From positions 186,001-250,000 of the forward strand of contig UYFQ01000032.1 of assembly GCA_900617105.1 (NCBI GenBank): DNA of 64,000 bases, read 5' to 3'. The notes beneath the pieces were generated by a model. It was not told the DNA's origin. It made no database searches and saw only the letters and a list, made by a program, of their open reading frames with translations. Below, piece after piece: positions 56,798 through 64,000 of this stretch (its first letter is position 1; each line of letters begins with the position of its first letter). A program made the position numbers and the translations under genes. The DNA is from Hydrurus foetidus. Lineage: Eukaryota.

Positions 56798-58000
56798 TCA
56801 ACCCACCAAGCACGCATAAACCAAGTTGCGAAACAGAGGACGGTAGTAATCGCGCTGGTTCGGGGCTTGGATCATCAGCATCGCAAACAAGTCCTCTTTC
56901 GGATCGACAAAGAACGTGGTGCCTGCAATCCCGCCCCAGTAGTACAGCCCCACAGAACCCGGCACATTTGCCACGCCCGCATGGGTGCGCACCGCAAAAC
57001 CCAGACCAAAACCGTGACCTTCAGGTAACAGCGTGCCGTTCGAGCGAATCTCGCCCAAATGGTCGCAGGTCATGAAGTCCACCGTACGCGGCCCCAGCAG
57101 GCGCACGCCACCCAGTTCGCCTTTGTTCAGCATGAACTGCAAAAACCGCGCGTAGTCGCTGGTGGTGGACATCAAACCGCCGCCACCGCCTTCCATTGCG
57201 GGTACTTGGCGTGGGTCAAACACCGGCATCGGCGTGCCGCCATCCGGGTCGTGCGCAAAGGGCTCCGCAATGCGGTTTTGCTTGTCCACAGGCACGCTGA
57301 ATGCTGTGTCCACCATGCCCAATGGCTCGAAAATTTGCGTTTGCAGATAGGCACCCAGCCCCTGCCCGCTGACCACCTCCACCAAGCGGCCCAGTACGTC
57401 GGTGGCGCGGCTGTATTCCCAGACGCTGCCCGGCTCGAACATCAACGGTATAGCGGCCAGCGTTTGCGTGAATTCAGCGTTGGTGCGGCCACGTGAGCTG
57501 ATGTTGGCGCGACCATACTGGCGCTGCACGTTGAAGTTGCCCAAAAATTCATAGGTCAACCCAGCCGTGTGGCGCAGCAAATCTTGCACTGTGGCAGGCC
57601 GCTGGGGGGCTTTCAGCACCATCTCGCCATCCACCTCCGTCGCCACACAGTGCCCGGTGAACTCGGGCAAATGCTGGGCCACGGTATCGCTCAACAGCAG
57701 TTTCCCCTGCTCCACCAGCATCATGATCGCCACCGAAACGATGGGCTTTGTCATCGAGTAGATGCGAAAAATAGAATCCTTGGCCATCGCCGCCGGGGTA
57801 GCGGGGTTTTGCTGTCCCAGCGCTTCAAACACAGCGGTTTTACCCTTACGCGCCACCATCAACACCGCACCGGGCAAGCGGCCACTGTTGATTTCAGACT
57901 GCAAGGTATCAAGCATTCGCTGGGTGCGCCGAGGGCACAGGCCAGCCTCAGCAGGTGACGTCAAGGACAAAACAGCGGTGGGGGAGGTTGAGGTAGTCAT
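56798..58000 (-). CDS. Serine hydrolase, beta-lactamase class C-like
   Basis: YSMTK (SxxK), LLRHTAGL, WEYS, WGG. Confidence 0.9.
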   Translation of the reverse strand: MTTSTSPTAVLSLTSPAEAGLCPRRTQRMLDTLQSEINSGRLPGAVLMVARKGKTAVFEALGQQNPATPAAMAKDSIFRIYSMTKPIVSVAIMMLVEQGKLLLSDTVAQHLPEFTGHCVATEVDGEMVLKAPQRPATVQDLLRHTAGLTYEFLGNFNVQRQYGRANISSRGRTNAEFTQTLAAIPLMFEPGSVWEYSRATDVLGRLVEVVSGQGLGAYLQTQIFEPLGMVDTAFSVPVDKQNRIAEPFAHDPDGGTPMPVFDPRQVPAMEGGGGGLMSTTSDYARFLQFMLNKGELGGVRLLGPRTVDFMTCDHLGEIRSNGTLLPEGHGFGLGFAVRTHAGVANVPGSVGLYYWGGIAGTTFFVDPKEDLFAMLMIQAPNQRDYYRPLFRNLVYACLVG

Positions 58001-58126
58001 GGCTCAGCAGTCTAAAGCGTGCCATTCCATTCCGGCGTTGCTTGGGTGACAAGCTGCATAACTTTGGCATGGTTTTAGCAGTGCTGCGACGTTACGTTAA
58101 GCTGCACAGCCTCTCATGCCCCTGAT

Positions 58127-58732
58127 ATGCCCTACGCCATCGCCGCCCCCGTCCACAGCGAACTGCTGATCCGCAAAAGCCGCTTCATCGGCTGCGTGCA
58201 ATCCGTGCCTGACCGCGTTGCCGCCTTGGCCGTCGTGGCTGCCCTGCACACTGAGCACCCCGGTGCCGTTCACGTCTGCTGGGCGTTGATGGCAGGTGGG
58301 CAATCCGCAGCGGTGGACGACGGTGAACCCGGTGGCACCGCCGGGCGACCCATGCTGGAGGTGCTGCGCCACCACGACCTGGACGGCGTGCTGGCGACGG
58401 TGGTGCGCTACTTCGGCGGCATCAAACTGGGGGCCGGCGGCCTGGTTCGCGCCTACACCGACAGCGTGGCGCAGGCTTTGCTGAAAGCCGACAAAATACC
58501 CGTGCAGCGCTGGCTTTCCCTGTGCTGCACCCTGCCCTACGCCCAAGAAGGTATGGTGCGCCGCGAACTGGAAGCCGCTGGCGCTGAGCTGACTCACGTC
58601 GCGCACAGCAGCGTAGTGACAGTCACTTTCCGCGTGCCTGACAACACCGCACCGGGCTTGGTGCAGCGCTTAAACGATGCAGGGCACGGACGTTTGGGGT
58701 GGCCAAGTCCTGATTCCTTGCTACTTCCGTAA
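58127..58732 (+). CDS. yigZ: YigZ/IMPACT family protein
   Basis: KSRFIG, DDGEPGGTAG, RYFGGIKLGAGGLVRAY. Confidence 0.9.
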   Translation: MPYAIAAPVHSELLIRKSRFIGCVQSVPDRVAALAVVAALHTEHPGAVHVCWALMAGGQSAAVDDGEPGGTAGRPMLEVLRHHDLDGVLATVVRYFGGIKLGAGGLVRAYTDSVAQALLKADKIPVQRWLSLCCTLPYAQEGMVRRELEAAGAELTHVAHSSVVTVTFRVPDNTAPGLVQRLNDAGHGRLGWPSPDSLLLP

Positions 58733-59893
58733 ATCCACAACACGCACCTGCACCGAGCGCTCGCGCTGCGGGTTGGGGTAGCCGTTACGCTGTACCGTCA
58801 GCGTCAGCATGTTGTTGATGCCAGTGCGGTCCATCTCATTCGCCAGCGCCGTCATGCTGGCCACCGGGCGGCCATTCGCAGCGGTAATCACATCGCCCAA
58901 TTCGCCGGTGCGCTTGTTGAAGGGCAGCAAACCGGCCTCCGCTGCCGGGCTTTGCACCTCCACCTCGGCCAACACCACGCCAGAAATACCGGCGCGGATG
59001 GCGATGTCAGCCCGCATCGGCACCACGCCAATGCTGGGCAAAGGCGCACGGCCTTTGGCGATCAGCGCAGGAACGATGCGGTTGACCAAATCCACCGGAA
59101 TCGAAAACCCAATCCCCGCGAACCCGCCCTGCCCTGGCCTGATCGCGGCATTCACGCCCACCAAGCGGCCTGCGCTATCGAGCAACGGCCCACCCGAGCT
59201 GCCGGGGTTGATCGCCGCATCTGTCTGAATCACCCCCAGTACCTCGCGAAAGCTGGTGGTGGGCAGCTCACGGTCAAGCGCACTGACGATGCCCTGCGTC
59301 AGCGTGCGGTGCAGCCCAAACGGGTTGCCAATGGCGTACACCCGCTGGCCGATGCGTATGCTTTTGCTGTCGCCCAACGGGATCGGTTTGATATCTGCAA
59401 ACTGCCCTGCCGCAGCCTTGCTCAACCGAATCACCGCCAAATCGTATTCCGGCGCCCGCCCCACCACCGTCGCCTCCACCGGCTTGCCAGCGTCGAGTTG
59501 CACGTAAATGCGCCGCGCGGTGTCAATCACATGGTTGCTGGTGACGATATGGCCCAGGCTGTCCCATAAAAACCCGCTGCCCGCACCCTGGCTGACTTCG
59601 CGCTCATACGATGCATTGGTCTGCACCAGTTCAGTGGTGATGTAGGCCACAGCGGGAGCGGCGTTGTCGAACAAGGTAACGACGCGCTGCTCGTCCGCAG
59701 GCAAAGCATCGCGGGCGGTGACCGGACGAGGATCAGAGCGAACGTCGGGACGCGGCTCTATGCGCAAATCCGACTGCGGCGCTGGCGCTTCGCGCAACGC
59801 ACGCGGGAACTCGGGGCGCACGGCGATGGGTTGGGCAAAGGCACTGCTCAATGCGATGGTGAACAGCAGCAAAGCCCTAAAACACAACTTCAT
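58721..59893 (-). CDS. HtrA/DegS-like trypsin serine protease with PDZ domain
   Basis: Signal peptide, GSGF, NHV, DLAV, IQTDAAINPGSSGGPL. Confidence 0.9.
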   Translation of the reverse strand: MKLCFRALLLFTIALSSAFAQPIAVRPEFPRALREAPAPQSDLRIEPRPDVRSDPRPVTARDALPADEQRVVTLFDNAAPAVAYITTELVQTNASYEREVSQGAGSGFLWDSLGHIVTSNHVIDTARRIYVQLDAGKPVEATVVGRAPEYDLAVIRLSKAAAGQFADIKPIPLGDSKSIRIGQRVYAIGNPFGLHRTLTQGIVSALDRELPTTSFREVLGVIQTDAAINPGSSGGPLLDSAGRLVGVNAAIRPGQGGFAGIGFSIPVDLVNRIVPALIAKGRAPLPSIGVVPMRADIAIRAGISGVVLAEVEVQSPAAEAGLLPFNKRTGELGDVITAANGRPVASMTALANEMDRTGINNMLTLTVQRNGYPNPQRERSVQVRVVDLRK

Positions 59894-59909
59894 GGCGGTG
59901 CGGCCCTCT

Positions 59910-60332
59910 TCAAACGGCAGGTTGGTCATGCAGGAGCAAGGCGGTGGTGAATTGTAAAAACTCATCCAAATGCGATGTGATCACACTGACAGTGATAGGC
60001 AGCACCAGGCTCTGGTAGTCATGCACGGCGATGTTGCGAAAGCCCACCATTTTCTTCAGCGCTTCGGCCAGCGAGGCCTCTATCCAACCCGACTGGGCAA
60101 GCACCTCAAACACTTGGCGGGCACTTTGGGGCAGGCCAAGCTTGTCCCGCCGAATCAAGTGATGGCCGATGTCCAGTGCCGCTTCGCAGGCACGCTGAAT
60201 GTTCAAGATGGCGGCATCCTGGCGTGAACAATTAGTGGCAAAGGCTTCCCCGGCTGCTGCATATTCCTCACGGGCACGGGCTACGCAGCGCTCAATCGTC
60301 GCGACTTTGTTCAACACCACATCATCAACCAT
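59910..60332 (-). CDS. hepT: HepT (HEPN/DUF86) RNase toxin, type VII TA
   Basis: RNIAVHDY (Rx4H plus Tyr); start overlaps the end of mntA. Confidence 0.88.
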   Translation of the reverse strand: MVDDVVLNKVATIERCVARAREEYAAAGEAFATNCSRQDAAILNIQRACEAALDIGHHLIRRDKLGLPQSARQVFEVLAQSGWIEASLAEALKKMVGFRNIAVHDYQSLVLPITVSVITSHLDEFLQFTTALLLHDQPAV

Positions 60333-60783
60333 AGATTTTTCCTTGTTTCGCAATGTCACCGATCAAGCCCGCTCGTGCAGCGTTAAGTGCCATTTTTTCA
60401 CTCAGCACAAAGCACTCAAACAACCCGGCAGCAGGTTGCGCCGCCCACAGCGAGCGCCCGTGCAGCAATATTTGGTGCTGCATAACGGTACTGGCAGCAC
60501 GCAAATCCAGCAAGTCAACAGCGCAGCCCACCTCATCCGCCAACTCAGATGCCACATCCCACAGCCGCAGGGGATCAGCATAGCCCGCTGTGAGCACGGC
60601 CAAATCCAAATCGCTGGACACACTGGCAGTGCCTTGTGTGCGGCTTCCAAAGGCGTACAAGGCCAGTACGCCGGGAAAAGCCGCCAGCAGCGCGGCCACG
60701 ACCACCCCTTGTGGAGACAGTGCGTTTTCGATGTGCTGTTGCGTTGCGGCTAACGCGGTTTCAGTGTGAGGGTTGTGGGACAT
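60325..60783 (-). CDS. mntA: MntA minimal nucleotidyltransferase antitoxin
   Basis: FGSRTQGTASVSSDLD (GS-x10-DxD), VDLLDL. Confidence 0.88.
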   Translation of the reverse strand: MSHNPHTETALAATQQHIENALSPQGVVVAALLAAFPGVLALYAFGSRTQGTASVSSDLDLAVLTAGYADPLRLWDVASELADEVGCAVDLLDLRAASTVMQHQILLHGRSLWAAQPAAGLFECFVLSEKMALNAARAGLIGDIAKQGKIYG

Positions 60784-60862
60784 GCGGGGTTCTCTGTTGG
60801 CGTATTTTCCGTCAACAAAGAACCCGGCATCGGCACGCCCGCTGTGAACCGTCCCTGCGGCA

Positions 60863-62563
60863 TCAGTTTGGCGCAGCCATCTCTGCATCTTTCTCCTGCA
60901 AAGCCCGCCACATCACCTTGCCGCTTCCGCTCTTGGGCAGTGCGTCCACAAACTGCACGATGCGGGGCACTTTGTACACCGCCATGTTGTCGCGGCACCA
61001 ATCGATGATGTCTTGCTCACTCACTTGTCCCTTGTGACTGGCACGCAGCGTAACCACGGCTTTCACGGTTTCGCCACGGTAGGTGTCTTTGGCACTGATG
61101 ATGCAAGCCTCCTGAATGGCGGGGTGCTTGAACATCAGCGCCTCCACTTCAGCGGGCCAGACTTTGAAGCCGCTGGCGTTGATCATCCGCTTCAAGCGGT
61201 CGGTGAGGAAGTAATAGCCGTCGGCGTCCACATGGCCCAGGTCGCCAGAGCGGAAAAAACGTTTGCCATCGCGCTCAAAAAACACCGCCGCCGTGGCCTC
61301 GGGGCGCTTCCAGTAACCGTTGAAAATTTGCGGACCGCTCATCACGATCTCGCCTTGCTGGCCTTGGGGCAACTCTTCCAGTGTGTCGGGGTCGATCACC
61401 ATCGCCGTCACGCTTACAAACGGCACGCCCAAGCACTGCTGCTTGGTGGCATCGGGTGGGTTGGCGTGTGATGGCGCAGCGGTTTCCGTCAGGCCATACC
61501 CCTCGGAATACCGCAAGCCGTACTGTTCAAACAAGCGCTGTGCCACGGCCTGGGGCATGGCCGCACCGCCACCACCGATGTAGACCAAGCTGGACAAATC
61601 AAACGCCGCAAAGTTAGGGGAGGCCAGCAAATCAATCACCATGGTGGGGATGTTCGTCCAGTTCGTGACCCGCTGGCGTGAGATCAGCCGCCCGGCCAGT
61701 TCACGGTCCCAGCGCGGCATGATGACGAGGCAAGCCCCAGCCAGCAGGGTGGTGTGCATCACGCTCACCATGCCGGTGATGTGGAACATGGGCACCACGC
61801 ACAGCGTCACGTTGTCAGCAGAACCACCGCCCCATAAGCCCCCGGCCATCGCGTTGTGCATCACTGTGCTGTGCGGATGCATACAGCCTTTGGGCAGACC
61901 TGTCGTGCCGCTGGTGTACGGCAGCACCGCCAGATCGGAAGACGTGGCCGTGTGGGCGGCCAGCGGATGGTCGGCGCTCAGGGCATCCACCCAGGCATGG
62001 GTTTGGCCGCTTTGCAGCGCGGGCAGCGGATGGATGTGAAGCAACCAATCGCGCCAAGCTGTAGGCATGTCGGGGGCGGCGGCCACAGCATCAAACCCGT
62101 CGGTGAACTGGGTGACGATCACATGGACGAGTCGCTCAGCCACTGGCAAAGCATCGCTGGCCTTGGCCCATTCAGCGGCCAGATCGCCGGTGGTGATGGC
62201 GACTCGGGTGTCGGGGTCGGTGATGTAGTGCTTGAGCTCTTCCGCCCGGTTCATCGGGTTCACCGGCACCACCACCGCATCGGCACGCAGGATGGCAAAG
62301 TGTGCGATCACCCATTGCGGGCAGTTTTGCATCCCTAGCGCCACACGGTCGCCCTTTTTGACCCCAAGCGCTTGCAGCGTGGCCGCAAGTCGCTCTGCTT
62401 TTTGTAGCAATTCGAGGTAAGTGACGGTGGTGTTAAAGAACACCAAAGCCACCTTATCGGGATACCGGCGGGCGCTGGTGGCAAGGTTGTCCCACAGCGA
62501 AGTCACGGGCACGGTGATGCGGTGGGGCAGGCGTTTAGGCCAAACGGTGTAGTGTGCAGACAT
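60863..62563 (-). CDS. Long-chain fatty acid--CoA ligase
   Basis: YTSGTTGLPKG, EGYGLTET, RSGDLG, PKSGSGK. Confidence 0.92.
   Translation of the reverse strand: MSAHYTVWPKRLPHRITVPVTSLWDNLATSARRYPDKVALVFFNTTVTYLELLQKAERLAATLQALGVKKGDRVALGMQNCPQWVIAHFAILRADAVVVPVNPMNRAEELKHYITDPDTRVAITTGDLAAEWAKASDALPVAERLVHVIVTQFTDGFDAVAAAPDMPTAWRDWLLHIHPLPALQSGQTHAWVDALSADHPLAAHTATSSDLAVLPYTSGTTGLPKGCMHPHSTVMHNAMAGGLWGGGSADNVTLCVVPMFHITGMVSVMHTTLLAGACLVIMPRWDRELAGRLISRQRVTNWTNIPTMVIDLLASPNFAAFDLSSLVYIGGGGAAMPQAVAQRLFEQYGLRYSEGYGLTETAAPSHANPPDATKQQCLGVPFVSVTAMVIDPDTLEELPQGQQGEIVMSGPQIFNGYWKRPEATAAVFFERDGKRFFRSGDLGHVDADGYYFLTDRLKRMINASGFKVWPAEVEALMFKHPAIQEACIISAKDTYRGETVKAVVTLRASHKGQVSEQDIIDWCRDNMAVYKVPRIVQFVDALPKSGSGKVMWRALQEKDAEMAAPN
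62368..62409 (-). repeat. Intragenic 42-bp bipartite motif, copy in acyl-CoA ligase gene
   Basis: TGCT-ACAAAAAGCAG-AGCG-ACTTG-CGG-CCACGCTGCAA-GCGC followed by TTGGGGTCAAAAA. Confidence 0.65.
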
Positions 62564-62758
62564 GGTGAGCAAGCGTCTCCTGAACAAGAATGCGCAAAGC
62601 CTATCGCCAAGCCCCGCCCGACGCATCGGGAAAGCCCCGCACAGGGGCGCGTAGGCGACAGCTATAGTCGATTCACTCGGTTGGGCACCTCCACCCGCTC
62701 CAAAACAACCCCTTCAACAAGCACCAATCCCATGCCACAACACCCTCTGCACCACCCG

Positions 62759-63745
62759 ATGAACAACCCTCTGCGCCGCCGCCTTATTGCTTCTGTTTTC
62801 ATAGCTGCCAGCGCTTATTTTGTAAGCACAGCAGCCGCTTCACCGTCATTCCCTGAGAAACCCATCAAGCTCATCATCGGCTTCCCCGCCGGTGGCCCGC
62901 TCGACCAGCACGCCCGGCTGCTCACCGACAAACTGCAAACCATTTTGGGCCAGCCCATCATCGTGGACTACAAACCCGGCGCAGGCGGCTCTGTGGCCGC
63001 AGAGACCGTCGCCAAAAGCCCCGCAGACGGCTACACGCTGATGCTGGCCAACACCGGCGTGATGGTCATCAACGGTGCGCTGTACACCAAGCTCCCCTAC
63101 AACACCCTGCGCGACTTCACCCCCATCGCCCGCACCGCCCAGCAGCCGCTCGCCCTGCTGGTGAACAACCAAGTGCCCGCCCAGAACCTGAAGGAATTCA
63201 TCGCTTTTGCGGGCAAAAACCCCGGCAAGATCAACTACGGCTCCGCCGGCAACGGCGGCATCAGCCACTTGGTGCCCGAAATGTTCAAAACCGCCACCGG
63301 CCTGTTCATGGTGCACATCCCCTACCGAGGCAGCGCCCCCGCGTTCACCGATTTGATGGGCGGGCAAGTGCAGTTCATGGCCGAATCCATCCCCCAAGCG
63401 GCCAATTACCACAAGCAAGGCAAAGTCCGCGCCCTGGCCGTCACCAGCAAAGAACGCAACCCCGCCCTGCCCGACGTGCCCACCGCCATCGAATCAGGTC
63501 TGAAAGGCTTTGAAGTGGTCGGTTTCTACGGCTTCCTGGCCCCCGCAGGCACGCCAAAAGACGTGGTCGCCAAACTGAGCGATGCCTTTAAACAGGTGCT
63601 GAGCAACCCTGAGGTACGCAACCGCATGGTGAGCCAAGGGGCCGACCCGGCGTATCTGGACAGCGAGGCATTCACCCAGTTTTTGGCGCTAGAGACACCG
63701 CGCTGGGGGAAGGCGGTGAAGGCTTCGGGGGCTAAGCTGGACTGA
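62759..63745 (+). CDS. Bug/TctC substrate-binding protein
   Basis: RRR leader, FPAGGPLD, KPGAGG, HIPYRGS; start at 62732 or 62759. Confidence 0.9.
   Translation: MNNPLRRRLIASVFIAASAYFVSTAAASPSFPEKPIKLIIGFPAGGPLDQHARLLTDKLQTILGQPIIVDYKPGAGGSVAAETVAKSPADGYTLMLANTGVMVINGALYTKLPYNTLRDFTPIARTAQQPLALLVNNQVPAQNLKEFIAFAGKNPGKINYGSAGNGGISHLVPEMFKTATGLFMVHIPYRGSAPAFTDLMGGQVQFMAESIPQAANYHKQGKVRALAVTSKERNPALPDVPTAIESGLKGFEVVGFYGFLAPAGTPKDVVAKLSDAFKQVLSNPEVRNRMVSQGADPAYLDSEAFTQFLALETPRWGKAVKASGAKLD
62788..62829 (+). repeat. Intragenic 42-bp bipartite motif, copy in Bug signal peptide
   Basis: TGCT-TCTGTTTTCAT-AGCT-GCCAG-CGC-TTATTTTGTAA-GCAC. Confidence 0.72.
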
Positions 63746-63752
63746 AGTTAAA

Positions 63753-63909
63753 TTAACCAGCCGCTCGCTTATGGGCGGCCTGTGTTGAGTGACCCGTTAT
63801 GCGTGCAGCTTTTTCAACAAGGCGGCCGCTGACGTATTTATGCAGCACATCCGTGATCAAGGTTTGGCAGGGCATGCCATGCATCAAGCGCTTTGGCTTG
63901 AATGTCCTT
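63753..63909 (-). pseudogene. Frameshifted CopG/BrnA-like antitoxin remnant
   Basis: KDIQAKALDA, one extra base at 63879, then GMPCQTLITDVLHKYVSGRLVE; the upstream frame hits TGA. Confidence 0.55.
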
Positions 63910-64000
63910 GCTTTGAGTTCAAAGAATTCAAGTTGCTGCCAGTGAGGCATCCAGCGATAAAGCTTAACTGCTCTACTCGAATCAACTCATAAAGACTCCC

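Noticed and set aside
58065..58080. Sigma54-like TGGCATGGTTTTAGCA upstream of yigZ
   Set aside because: Correct GG/GC spacing but a mismatch in the -12 element and no supporting context; not called as a feature
59196..59210. HtrA-like protease inactivated (GSSGG instead of GNSGG)
   Set aside because: The catalytic Ser, His and Asp positions are retained; only the preceding residue differs
9995..63745. Three orphan Bug/TctC genes and tctBA without an adjacent tctC as a novel system
   Set aside because: Expansion of dispersed Bug proteins sharing few TctAB permeases is well known in Betaproteobacteria

Overview
A GC-rich betaproteobacterial chromosome segment; gene content and order look like Comamonadaceae (inferred, not searched). 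From left to right it holds: an aa3-type cytochrome c oxidase cluster (minus strand); bioC-like/comF/trmL; an AraC-P450 pair; kefF-kefC; dinB flanked by orphan solute-binding proteins; a diguanylate cyclase divergent from a DUF3034 beta-barrel / exported truncated hemoglobin / cupredoxin operon; a ~6.8 kb integrative element (24615-31398) in tRNA-Thr(CGT) with 59-bp att repeats; and housekeeping genes. The housekeeping part includes fbp, pepN, prfB with its +1 frameshift, apaH, a DEAD-box helicase, tctAB, two lipid A acyltransferases, metK behind a SAM-II-like riboswitch, and a MntA-HepT toxin-antitoxin pair. Three signals stand out. (1) A 42-bp bipartite motif (TGCT-N11-AGCW-N5-CGC-N11-GCGC) is written into at least ten protein-coding genes in both orientations. 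(2) The uncharacterised barrel-globin-cupredoxin envelope operon has a sigma54-type promoter. (3) The minimal satellite-like element carries a structured anti-Shine-Dalgarno RNA, helically phased repeat arrays and a T5orf172/Zn-ribbon cargo gene. All product calls come from motif recognition by eye; no database search was run.
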